Positions 1 to 12,122 of a stretch of 64,000 nt of DNA are shown here, in pieces. The notes under the pieces are model-generated. The model was given only the letters and a program-made list of their open reading frames with translations. It had not been told where the DNA came from and made no database searches. Source of the DNA: Octopus sinensis (taxonomy: Eukaryota); NCBI RefSeq assembly GCF_006345805.1, contig NC_042999.1:60698001-60762000 (forward strand), in the 5' to 3' direction. The translations under genes were made by a program, and so were the position numbers. Position 1 is the stretch's first letter. Each line of letters begins with the position of its first letter.

Positions 1-114
1 AACTAAGTAGACATGTACGCACCGTTATTCGGACAACGAATCTTCTCTAAGCTTTTGGTATTGGCATTCCTCTAGGATGCTTAAAACAAGACGTGCATAA
101 TCGATGGACTAGCG

Positions 115-225
115 TTCAAGAAGCTTGCTTTTTAACCACGCCGTCTCCAGTTCAGTTCCACAGCGCGGTAACATTAACAACTCTTTTCTACAATATCTCT
201 GGGATGATCAATGTCCCGTGAATAA
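115..225 (+). mobile_element. Degenerate tRNA-derived SINE head fragment (family B)
   Basis: aagaagcttgctttttaaccacgccgtctccagttcagttccacagcgcgg aligns by eye to the better-preserved heads at 23892 and 56720. Confidence 0.5.
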
Positions 226-255
226 ATTAGATGAAATTATATTTTAACCAGTCAT

Positions 256-317
<62 letters not shown>

Positions 318-320
<3 letters not shown>

Positions 321-509
321 CTGAAGATTGCTCGACATTTTAAAACTGATGTAATACTTACAGTGTTTAATAAAATGAAGTAGCATGAAACGATTGTACC
401 ACATAACCTCGGATATACTTGTTGCTTATTGTGATATAATATATATATATATATATATATTAAACATTGTAAGTATTGCATCAGTTTTAAAATGTCGAGC
501 AATCTTCAG

Positions 510-512
<3 letters not shown>
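318..512. mobile_element. MITE-like fold-back element with 55 bp terminal inverted repeats in (TA)n
   Basis: Arms 318-372 and 458-512 (cagctgaagattgctcgacattttaaaactgat...) are reverse complements with 2 mismatches; termini TA|CAG...CTG|TA. Confidence 0.65.
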
Positions 513-595
<83 letters not shown>

Positions 596-828
596 CGTGT
601 GTGGCGAGAGGGATGCATGTATGTATGCATGCATATATATATATATGTATTATATATATTAAACGTTGACAACTAGAATGTATAATTGCATACACTGCAA
701 TGTCCAGTCGCTGCTGTCGAAACTTATGTAGGTCAGATGTATATGCTGTAGAAGACTTAAAGAAAGCGGTTTTCGGATATGAACGCGGGCTATGACTATA
801 TACTCAAAACTCAAGGACACAGCGCCGT

Positions 829-890
829 GCCGTAAATTGAACTCACGAATTGACGATCGTGAGCTGAATACCCTAACCAATAAGCCAGGC
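829..890 (-). mobile_element. Degenerate tRNA-like SINE head (family C)
   Basis: ctcaaggacacagcgccgtgccgtaaattgaactcacgaattgacgatcgtgagctgaataccctaaccaataagcca resembles the head of the SINE at 42438-42774. Confidence 0.5.
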
Positions 891-1919
891 ATCTTCACAC
901 GTATGAGGAGTAGACCACTTAGAACTAGAAGCCAAATATACCTATCATCTAGAATTATACGCCAAATCCCTCACATATATCATCCTATCGTCTGCAAATA
1001 AACGAACACATTAGATATTTTGGTTCTAGATACATTATGTCGGAATAAAACGTTTGATCACAACGATTGAAAAGCTTTTGATCATAGGTTTTATTGGCCA
1101 GAGCTTAACTAGTGATAAACAACTACAAGCAAAACACTGAAGTAAATTTGCTGTCTCTTCATAGCCGTCTCGTTCTTTACGTTCGGTTAGGTTTTGATAT
1201 CGTTACATACAATGCATTAATATCATATATAACACCGTGAAGAGAATTTACAGACAGTGTTTATACAGAAAGTCTCTTCCTTCAGGGTGAGTTCTTCATC
1301 CCTCACATCATTCATATTTCACATCACCACACAGTGAGGTATTTATATATAGAAAACCATTATTAGATTTATAACGAGCAGTAAGCTAACAGAATCATTA
1401 GCATTTCTTCCGGCTTTACGTTCCGATTTCAGATTCCGCTGATATCATTTCGAGGTCGATAAAATAAGTGCAAGACAAAATATTGGGATTGATGTGACTG
1501 AGTAGTCCTTACCCCAAAGATCTTGATCCTTCTACCTATAGTTGAAAAGATTATTAGATATATAAGATGGCAAATTCTCTCTAATCGAAAGGGCTCCAGA
1601 GTTCGGCGCCTGCAAGACACCCAGACGTTCGAGGACACACTTCGTTATTGTTCGTTTCCCCCTCAACATGCTGCAATTGCTGTGAGCTCAGTGACTCCCA
1701 ACCCCACAATACTTCTCGATCCCTGTATTTTAAAGGGGCGGCCTTGTCACATTCTTTGTCACGCGAAATCTAACTTGAAAACTATGTTAAGGGGGGTATG
1801 TGTGTCCGTAGTGTGTTCGGCCATCTACACACTAATTTCAAGAGCAAGCTGTTCTGTTGATCGGTTCAACTGGAACCCTCGTCGTCGTAACCAAATCGGC
1901 GGCGAGAGACAGACAGACA

Positions 1920-1987
1920 GACAAAGTCAGAGACAGAGTCAGAGACAGAGTCAGAGACAGAGTCAGAGACAGAGTCAGAGACAGAGA
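1920..1987 (+). repeat. 12 bp minisatellite (gagacagagtca)n, about 6 copies
   Basis: Directly visible tandem units; gives QSQR repeats in ORF 1523..1999. Confidence 0.9.
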
Positions 1988-4084
1988 GGGATGGAGTGAA
2001 GGAACCCGCGGAAAAGTTGTCAAGAATACCCGGGATATTGAGATACCAGCAGAAATGTACTGGGAAATATGCTGGAACACTGAATGAACGAAAGAACTTT
2101 GAGAATTATCTAATTTTCTTCGTTATTTGTTCCGAGACACTAAGCATATCGCTGGGTCACTAAATACATCACCGGTTCACTCGATGTCGATTCTTCCTTA
2201 ATCGATTGGGTGACGTGAGATATGGAGAAAGCTGCCTTAAGTTGTCTAGAACACTCGAAAAGAGATAAAAACAGAAATGTCCTAGTTAACCTGGCGGAAG
2301 TTCTCAGGGGACAAAAATAAATGATGATAATTAACCAGAAAATTATCATTAGAAATAAAAAGGATACGCAACAGCAATAAAATAATTTTCTTCGTCGTTG
2401 GACCAGGAACAAATTCTCTAATCATATGAAATGGAAGACAATTTATGGAAATTAACGTTTTCTATGGTTGTTAACGATACGTATACATAGCAGATGCGAG
2501 GATTAAGTAAATTTAAATGAAGTCACCAACTTTATATTATGAATAGAGTCTGGGCATCAGATTCGATCTAATTGGAACAGCATTACCATTCGACTAGTTG
2601 GCGCCTACGCTTCGTGGTCGTTCCTTTGGTACTCTCTGCGCTTCGACCTGCAACGCTCAATGTGAGTGTGACGATTGCTCGGCAGCCGACAGCTCCGTTA
2701 CGCCTCCCTCACTTCTTTATTGGATCGAATGTATGAGAAAGGGAGAAGGAGAAGGAAAGAGAGAGAGAGAGGGGGGGGGAGAGCCGTGACAAGTTGTTCC
2801 GGTCATATTAGATACCAACAAAAATGGACTGACAAACGTCCTAGTAACTTGAAGGTGAAGAAAGAACTCGAGACCAAACTTGTAGTATGCTCAGACGATA
2901 CTCAAACAACAAATAATGATACAATGATTACTACTTCTCATTATTACACTTCTACGAGCTAAATATAAAGTTGCAACATTTAGCCTTTAATTGGTAATAA
3001 TTAAATCGGAAATTCACTATCAACCTATCTGTCTATCTATCTATCTGTCTGTCTGTCAGTTTCTCTGTATGTATGTATGTATGTATGTATGTATGTATGT
3101 ATGTATGTATATCTGTCTGTTTGTCTGTCTGCCTGTCTATCTACATATCTATCTCTAATTTTATTTATTGATTTATTTATTCACCTATCTATCTAGCACT
3201 TTCTATCTCTCTCTCCCCCTCTCTCTCTTTATGTATATATATATGTCTATGTGTGTATGTATATGTATATATATATATATATATACATACATACATAAAT
3301 ATATATGTACATATAAACATACATACATAGATACATAAATATATATGTACATATATATATATATATATATACATACATACAAATATATATATACATACAT
3401 AAATATATATATGTACATACATATATATATATACATACAAATATATATATATATATCTAAACACAGAGCACACACACACACACACACAAGTATTCAGATA
3501 GATACAATTCATTGTTCACTACTAACACAATGGCGTTGATGAAACCGATGTGTTATAGAAAGCTATTCATTTTAGATTTAGTTATGCTTCAATAAGCTAA
3601 GAGCAATTATCATACGTGGACACAGAACGGATGCTCTTCCGCTTGGAGAACACGTCACGAAATTTCTCCAAAACTAATATATATTTATGCACACAACCAC
3701 ACACGCATAACGTGCGTACCTACGCACGTTTGTAAGTAAATGTAAGTGTATGTATGTATTTGTGTATGCATGTATGTATGTATGTATGTATGTAAGAAGT
3801 ATACACACGCATATTCATACATGTAATTTGAAGTAGAATCCTTCTGACGAGATGTACATTTTCTCTTTATCTAATTTCACTGACTCGAGGCTATACAAAA
3901 TGATATTTGCTCAAAATGCCACACCGGTGTTTCGAAAGCTTGACTTCGTTTCATTGAAGCAAATTCATTCAGCAATCAGTCAGTATATAAGTTTATATAC
4001 ATGTCTGTGTGTGTCTGTGTGTATGTATTATGTACGTACGTATCTATGTCTGTATACATACATATATATATTATATATATATAT

Positions 4085-4116
<32 letters not shown>

Positions 4117-4128
4117 ATATATATATAA

Positions 4129-4166
<38 letters not shown>

Positions 4167-4183
4167 TTATATATATATATATA

Positions 4184-4249
<66 letters not shown>

Positions 4250-4373
4250 ATAATATATATATATATAAAGTCAAAAAGAGGGTGAAAAAATTGGATATTA
4301 ATTTAATAACATCAATTTAAACACCAGTGGTCTGGCGCATAAAAGACTGAGATTCAGTAAATATTATTAATAC

Positions 4374-4513
4374 ACAAATATGAGAGAGAATCCACCATGT
4401 AGACACTCTTACGCTGGAGATAGATCCGCAAAGGGACTCAACCACTTGAGTCCCTTTGGAGATCTATCTCTAGCGTAAGAGCGTCCACATAGTGGATTCT
4501 CTCTCATATTTGT
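4374..4513. repeat. Long hairpin, 68 bp stem with a 4 nt loop (copy 1)
   Basis: acaaatatgagagagaatccac...gggactcaa CCAC ttgagtccc...gtggattctctctcatatttgt; about 6 mismatches. Confidence 0.92.
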
Positions 4514-4725
4514 ATATATATATATGTGTGTGTCTATGTATGTATGTATGTTGTATGTATGTATGTATGTATATCTGTCTGTTTGTCTGTCTGCCTGTCT
4601 ATCTACATATCTATCTCTAATTTTATTTATTGATTTATTTATTCACCTATCTATCTAGCACTTTCTATCTCTCTCTCCCCCTCTCTCTCTTTATGTATAT
4701 ATATATATATGTCTATGTGTGTATG

Positions 4726-4757
<32 letters not shown>

Positions 4758-5573
4758 CATACATACATAAATATATATGTACATATAAACATACATACAT
4801 AGATACATAAATATATATGTACATATATATATATATATATATACATACATACAAATATATATATACATACATAAATATATATGTACATACATATATATAT
4901 ATACATACAAATATATATATATATATATCTAAACACAGAGCACACACACACACACACACAAGTATTCAGATAGATACAATTCATTGTTCACTACTAACAC
5001 AATGGCGTTGATGAAACCGATGTGTTATAGAAAGCTATTCATTTTAGATTTAGTTATGCTTCAATAAGCTAAGAGCAATTATCATACGTGGACACAGAAC
5101 GGATGCTCTTCCGCTTGGAGAACACGTCACGAAATTTCTCCAAAACTAAATATATATTTATGCACACAACCACACACGCATAACGTGCGTACCTACGCAC
5201 GTTTGTAAGTAAATGTAAGTGTATGTATGTATTTGTGTATGCATGTATGTATGTATGTATGTATGTAAGAAGTATACACACGCATATTCATACATGTAAT
5301 TTGAAGTAGAATCCTTCTGACGAGATGTACATTTTCTCTTTATCTAATTTCACTGACTCGAGGCTATACAAAATGATATTTGCTCAAAATGCCACACCGG
5401 TGTTTCGAAAGCTTGACTTCGTTTCATTGAAGCAAATTCATTCAGCAATCAGTCAGTATATAAGTTTATATACATGTCTGTGTGTGTCTGTGTGTATGTA
5501 TTATGTACGTACGTATCTATGTCTGTATACATACATATATATAATATATATATATATATAATATATAATATAT

Positions 5574-5646
<73 letters not shown>

Positions 5647-5664
5647 ATAATATATATATATATA

Positions 5665-5704
<40 letters not shown>

Positions 5705-5841
5705 TATATATATATATAATATATATATATATATAAAGTCAAAAAGAGGGTGAAAAAATTGGATATTAATTTAATAACATCAATTTAAACACCAGTGGTC
5801 TGGCGCATAAAAGACTGAGATTCAGTAAATATTATTAATAC

Positions 5842-5981
5842 ACAAATATGAGAGAGAATCCACCATGTAGACACTCTTACGCTGGAGATAGATCCGCAAA
5901 GGGACTCAACCACTTGAGTCCCTTTGGAGATCTATCTCTAGCGTAAGAGCGTCCACATAGTGGATTCTCTCTCATATTTGT
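5842..5981. repeat. Long hairpin (copy 2, inside the tandem duplication)
   Basis: Same sequence as 4374-4513. Confidence 0.92.
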
Positions 5982-6054
5982 ATATATATATATATGTGTG
6001 TGTCTATGTATGTATGTATGTATGTATGTATGTATGTATGTATGTATGTATGTA

Positions 6055-6089
<35 letters not shown>

Positions 6090-6178
6090 ATACATAAGGA
6101 TAAGATCGTTATTTAAATATCGAACGTATCAAGTGGCCAGCATGAGAATAAACACCTTCAAACGTAATAATTATTATT

Positions 6179-6360
6179 TAAATTATAATTTAGGGTATCT
6201 AAGAGATACCACCACGCTTGAAATAGCAGCCAAACTTGACTCTAAAACCAGCTTAAATGTTCATACAGCACCATTGAACATTTAAGGTGGTTTTAGAGTC
6301 ATGTTTTGGCTGCTATTCAAGCGTGGTGGTATCTCTTAGATACCCTAAATTATAATTTTA
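6179..6360. repeat. Long hairpin, ~84 bp stem with an 11 nt loop
   Basis: aaattataatttagggtatctaagagatacc...cttaaatgttca TACAGCACCAT tgaacatttaagg...ggtatctcttagataccctaaattataattt; about 4 differences. Confidence 0.92.
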
Positions 6361-6376
6361 ATAACAATAATATATA

Positions 6377-6437
<61 letters not shown>

Positions 6438-6440
<3 letters not shown>

Positions 6441-8162
6441 GCAATATATATAGAGACAATACAGTTCTGGCTGGACCAATTTCCGGAAGAAATACCAAAA
6501 AGGATCAGTAAAGAATTCATTACTAAATCAATTGAATTCATCCTACACAATAACCACTTCATGTTTGAGAATACATTTTACCGTCAAAAATCCGGAATTG
6601 CTATGGGTACAAGGGCAGCACCAGTCATTGCGAACCTAACAATGGGCTACATGGAAATAATCATTTACCAGGAATTTTTATCAATCTTTGGAAACCCCCT
6701 TTCCCAATACATAAAAGAGAATTGGAAACGATTCTTAGACGATTGTTTTATACTCTGGAATAAAAACACACATAAACTCCTAAAATTTAAAAACCTATTG
6801 AACAGCATAAACCCAAATATACAGTTCACAATGGAATACAACCAAAAGGAGCTCCCGTTCTTGGATATACTAATTAAAAAAATTAACCTTAAAATAGAAA
6901 CAAACATTTTTTACAAAGCCACAGACGCCAAACAATACCTTCTTTTTAATTCATGCCACCCAAGACACACTAAAACAACATCCCCTTCAACCTTGCAAGA
7001 AGGATATGCACAATAGTGTCAGAACAAAATACCAGGAACTTTAGACTGCAAGAACTCAAAAACACCCTAATTGACAGACATTACCCAGCTCAACTCATAG
7101 AGGATGGGATCAGACGTGCAACAGAAATCAACATAGAAACTTTAAGAAAAGTTCAACACAACAACACACCTTCCCCGAAAATACTACCTTACATATCTAC
7201 ATACAACCCCAGAAAGAAAGAAGCCTTCACCATCATCACCCAGAATTTACCAATACTTCATAAGGACCCAACATTAAAAGAAATTCTAAACATACACCAA
7301 ATCATTAAAAGCTACAAACAACCTAAATCACTGAAAAAGATTCTCACAAAGGCAAAATTGTCTTCTGATATTACGGATGCAAAAGTAAAAAAAATGTGGT
7401 AGATCGAACTGTGCAACATGTCCAAACCTGCTAGAAGGATCAGAATTCCTCTTTAAAGAGGGACAGAAATTCAAGATGAAATCTAACTTTACTTGTGCCT
7501 CTGAAAACATAATTTATGTCATAAAATGCTCGGGCTACCACCAAGACTACGTGAGATCCACGGGACTATCACTCAGACGTAGATGCACACTGCATCGACA
7601 ACAGATTGCATTCCCAGAATACAGAATGATACCTTTTAGTGAGCACATTGAGAAATGCGCAAAGCAACTACTACCACAATTTTTAATCCTTCCATTTTAC
7701 CAATGTGCTATCGGATCATCAACACAAATTAGACTAAACAAGGAAACATTCTTCATTGAAAAGTACAAGCCCAGACTTAACCATCCCAACATACTGATAC
7801 AGAGAAATTCACACCAAGGGAAAGGAAAAACATTTTAAGCGATTCTCCCCCTTACACCGGAAGAAGTCACTCATTACCTCCTCTTATTTAGAGCTCTTTT
7901 GAACATAAAGATAACGATAACCCTGTTCAACATAAACATAACGTCGCAAGAAATTTGAAAAGCTAAACGCGAAACCGGTCTTTCTTTTAAATTATGTCAT
8001 TATAAGAGAAAAAATTTTTTTTAATATTCTTCAAAAATTTTTTTAATATTCTTAAGACATATTGACGCAAATATATATTTTTTAACATTTAAGCCTTCTG
8101 TAGTTTTTTCACTTTTTACTATTTTCTATATATTCAACCACTGGCTTTCACAAACCAACTTT

Positions 8163-8165
<3 letters not shown>
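6438..8165 (+). mobile_element. 5'-truncated Penelope-like retroelement (RT + C-terminal GIY-YIG endonuclease, Neptune-like), frameshifted, with a 3' pLTR-like tail, inserted in (TA)n
   Basis: RT motifs GIAMGTRAAPVIANLTMG, WKRFLDDCFILW, LNSINPNIQFTME..ELPFLDI, YLLFNSCHPRH. Frameshifts near 6972 and 7390 join ORFs 6306-7016, 7016-7402 and 7476-7838. Linker CGRSNCATC; GIY-YIG FTCASENIIYVIKC..YV.STG.SLRRR..LH. Confidence 0.93.
7948..7986 (+). ncRNA. Degenerate minimal type I hammerhead ribozyme in the Penelope 3' tail
   Basis: Stem I aagaaa/tttctt; core mutated (ttgaaaa for CUGANGA); stem II gc..gc; GAAA-CCGG-UC palindromic stem III. Confidence 0.5.
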
Positions 8166-8198
<33 letters not shown>

Positions 8199-8277
8199 CA
8201 TATATATATATATACACACACATATATATGTGTCTGTAATATATATAGATATATATGTACATATATTTACATATACA

Positions 8278-9760
8278 TGGTGGCTTGTCTACAGAGTCTC
8301 ACCACGTCTTGTACTTACACCTTAGATTCATGGCTTCTGATATGGCCTTTTAAACGAAACAATGCATTGAAAATTAACCTACGTATATTGCATATCTGAC
8401 TTGAACGACCAAGTTTTGCAGTTAAGTTCTGAACTTAGTGGATCTTAAAATGTCCTTGGAGGCCTCCTTTAGATTTGCAGACCTTGTGCCATACACGGCA
8501 TTGAAACGTGTGCGCTGATAATTAGGCAGCGTAATTGGTGAAGGTTCGTTTTCCATGGGCCCGCAAATGAGATTTTAGCTCGTCAAAAGAAAGGCATGGT
8601 CTGTCATAAACTGTACGCACGAAAAATGTCACTGAGATTCACCTTGTCGATCACAATTTTCTTCTTTAAATCTCTTTTGAGTCTTGAATGTGTCCTCCTC
8701 ACCTCCACCAAAGCTTTCACTCCACTCCACACTTCTGTTCGCCATCCAGCTCGATCCAAAGCAGGGGATTCTATGACCTTTGGATCCATTCCAAGTGACG
8801 TCATTGTAGTCCTTATGCCGTCCTTAAACCTCTTTTTGGGTTTACACCAATTGCGTCTCCCCTCTGCAAGCTCGCCATAACACAGCTATTTGATATGCGT
8901 CCATCCGCCATTCAAACAACGTGGCCCTTCTATCTCACTTAGTTTTGCAGAATCGTTGATTTAATTGAAATAATGTTTGCAGCTGCAAGTTTCATTCTAG
9001 AGTTAAAAAGCTCCATTTAATGTTTAAAACGTGGCGAAGACATTTTTGGTGGAATCTTTCTAACAATATGAAATGTCTTTTATAACACGTCCATGATTCA
9101 GAATACAATAGGAATGGTAAGACAAACAATTTGTTAAGAGCCAATTTTTTGTGTTGTTATTTATATGTCGTTGGCACCAAACGCGTGAACCCAAATCACT
9201 AAATACTTGTGTTGCCCTTTGAATTCGCAGATGTATTTCTGTGTCCAGATTTCCATCATTTTGTACAGAGCTTCCAAGGTAGATAAAGGAGTTAAGAACC
9301 TCAAGTAGCTTACCCGTAACGAAAATTTTACTGGGCTTGCAAACAGTACCACGTGCAGGTCGATACATTACAGCTTTTTTTTTTCCTTCAAGTTTATGGT
9401 GAAGCCAAAATCATCACAAGGTGAGTCAAATGCTGATACAAAATATTGCAGATCTGTTTCAGAATGACTGACAAGATCGCAATCGTCAGTATACGAGAGT
9501 TCCCTAATGAGTGAAGTAAAAGTTTTGTTTTGAATTTCAGTCTGGTCAGATTAAAAACATTCCGTGTTGTTCGATATTTTTATGTATATACTCTCCTCGG
9601 ATTTTTAAAAGGCCTGTGACAGCACAACAGGAAAAAGTATACTGCAAAGATGGTGGGTTTATCAATGTCTCCTTTCTTTACTCCATTTTCCACGGCAAAA
9701 GTTTCAGAATACCTAGTCAGTGGACATAAAACAAAGAGTGTTGCTACTATATTCATACCG
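8278..9760 (-). mobile_element. Decayed RTE-clade LINE 3' part (RT C-terminus + three C2H2 fingers + 3' UTR)
   Basis: Minus-strand translations: FAVENGVKKG; ELSYTDD..FGFTINLK; FIYLGSSVQNDGNLDTEIHLRIQRA; YGELAEGRR..PKKRFKD; ALDRAGWRTEV; fingers such as CDRPCLSFDELKSHLRAH and FQCRVWHKVCKSKGGLQGHFKIH. Confidence 0.88.
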
Positions 9761-10531
9761 CCGAAATATAATAAAGGGTTGTATTTATATGAATCAAAAC
9801 AAGGATGGAATTTGAAACTAAATGCTCGGAGAAATGCCCAGTTCTACCGAGTATCAAAAAATCAGAAGTTAAATGACTACCTGCTTCATCCAGTCAAGAA
9901 ATATTACGTTGAATATACTTAAATTGAATTAAATTAAATTAATCTTAATTAAATTAGGTGCAATAGTTAAGGATTGAATTAAATATTAAGCATTAGTTAG
10001 GGATTTGGCATTTGGTGTGTAGGAGTCGAGGGAATCCAGTAAAGAGAGAACACAGCCATTAATCTCAACTAGAACTCTGTGGAAACTTCGAGACTGCTTT
10101 GATGAGTAACTTAAGTAATTTAATAATTCGATATGCTTACTTAAGTTAGATTTACAATTGGGAATTTTCCGGGCCATTACCTCCGCTCCCCTGTATGTCA
10201 GATCACTACGTATAATAGACTACAGAACAAAATATTTTATATTCCTCCATCTAAAACCCCAGATAAGCATGTCTAACAAAGTACAGGTTACTTTTCTTTT
10301 GTATTTAAAAGAATGAATGCGGTTATATATCTGGTCTTGAATTTCGAATTAGTAGCTCCTATGGACATACGTGTTTTGACCGAACGCTTATTTATTAGAT
10401 TATTCGTCAGACATTAGTTACCTAAGGGGCATTTGTCACGGTACCTACAGTTTCACATTCTATTAAACATATAGTCATAAGAGTACTTATTCCTTATTTA
10501 TTTTATTAGAGTTAATGTTTTTAATCAGTTG

Positions 10532-10609
10532 ACTTCATGTTGTACGTACTGAAACATGCATATTTCATCTACTTCATGTTGTACGTACTGAAGCTTGCAT
10601 ATTTCACTA
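10532..10609 (+). repeat. 39 bp tandem duplication
   Basis: acttcatgttgtacgtactgaaacatgcatatttcatct followed by acttcatgttgtacgtactgaagcttgcatatttcacta. Confidence 0.85.
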
Positions 10610-11210
10610 CACCTAATTCAACGATCTACTAGAACGTCTATTAGCTCTAGAAAACTGAATGCCATTAGAAACAGTGAGGTGCACGTATCTTTATTCAGAA
10701 TGCATAAATCTACGTGGGTCTACCAAACATAAAACACATTTATTAAATACGTATGTACATGCGTGCGCATGTGTAATTGGTTACTCCTAATTTCAGCTTG
10801 AGCATTTCGTTTCTTGTTTTAATGGCAGAGTAGGTAGAAAGTGAACTTGCGATCGTAAGAGTGTAGTTTCAATTCCCTAACCGGGATCTGCGTTCTATCT
10901 TTGAGCAACTCACTTCGGTTTACAGTAATTCCAGTCTACTAGCTGGAACCTAACATGGAAACTGATTAGCTTCCTTATGCAAATTGAAACCTTGGAACAT
11001 TTTAATCCTATTATTCCAGTCACACGAGACAGACTTTGCCACACGAGACAGTCTATATATATGTATGTATGTAGTATGTATGTATGTATGTATGTATGTA
11101 TGTATGTATGTATGTATGTATGTATGTATGTATGTATGTATATATGTATGTATGTAGTATGTATGTATGTATGTGTATGTATGTATGTATGTATGTATGT
11201 ATGTATGTAT

Positions 11211-11255
<45 letters not shown>

Positions 11256-11319
11256 ATATATATATATTTCTATATATATAATATGGTATAGTATAATATG
11301 ATATATTGTAATGTAATAT

Positions 11320-11382
<63 letters not shown>

Positions 11383-11404
11383 GTGTGTGTGATGTGATGT
11401 AATA

Positions 11405-11745
11405 TACTCCGTCGGTTGCGAAGATGAGCGTTTTAGTTGATTCGATCAACGATACACCCTGCTCATCAGATTAACGTGCAAGTGACTGAGCAATTCGCAA
11501 ACAAGTATACCCTTAATTTAGTTCTCAGTGTGTTTGAGCGTGACACAGAGTGTGACAAGGCTGGCCCTTTGAAATACAGACACAACATAGATAGAGTGAA
11601 AAAGTACAGCAGGGTTCGCCACCAACCCCTGCCGCAGCCTCGTGGATCTTTTGTAGGTGTTTCCACTCAATAGACACTCACAACGCCCGGTCAGGGAATC
11701 GAAACTGCATCCGCTGCCCTAACCACTATACCACTATACCATTGC
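11405..11745 (-). mobile_element. tRNA-derived SINE (family D)
   Basis: Minus-strand head agtggttagggcagcggatgcagtttcgattccctgaccgggcg with A-box- and B-box-like motifs, followed by a non-coding body. Confidence 0.65.
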
Positions 11746-11877
11746 GATATAATATAATACAATATAATATAATATAATATAATACAATATAATATAATAT
11801 AATATAATATAATATATTGCAGTGTACTCTGTGTGTGTGCATGTATGCTTCATTATTAAAGCTGCAAAATCACAAAA

Positions 11878-11921
11878 AACTGCTACTCAGAGTTTCACGT
11901 TCCCGTTCGTCGTTGGCAGTT
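11878..11921 (-). ncRNA. Hammerhead ribozyme-like motif (core partly disrupted) inside a ~35 bp inverted repeat (11845-11953)
   Basis: Minus: AACUGC caa CGACGA ACG-GGAA-CGU GAAA CUC-U-GAG UA GCAGUU. Stems I, II (GNRA loop) and III all pair. Confidence 0.65.
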
Positions 11922-12122
11922 GTGATATTTTTGCTGCTTTAATAATAAAGCATATTTTCCCCACCGAGTACTATTTTCCCCACCTTGTTTAACATTTATG
12001 TGCTTACTCTGGTATATATATTGGTAAAACGGTAAGATAACAAAAGAAAGAAAGAGACCTCAATATTATGTAAATAGAAGAAATTTATCTATACAATAAT
12101 ATGTACATTACTCGATAGTCAA

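Larger units (their letters stand above)
3070..6010 (+). repeat. Near-identical ~1.47 kb tandem duplication (about 3070-4535 and 4536-6010)
   Basis: Unique sequence recurs at an offset of ~1462-1468 (atctgtctgtttg at 3111/4573; hairpin start at 4374/5842). Visible differences are in microsatellite tracts. Confidence 0.92.

Noticed and set aside
318-372. CUGAAGA at 321 as a hammerhead (also isolated CUGANGA at 3845, 19235, 39535 and 44898)
   Set aside because: No correctly placed GAAA, stem III or stem I partner.
1253-1291. Possible micro-exon ending at a strong AGG|GTGAGT donor
   Set aside because: The splice-like motif alone is not enough; there is no recognisable peptide or partner exon.
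1523-1999. 158 aa ORF as a gene
   Set aside because: No recognisable domain, alternative start codon, and the C-terminal QSQR repeat comes from a 12 bp minisatellite.
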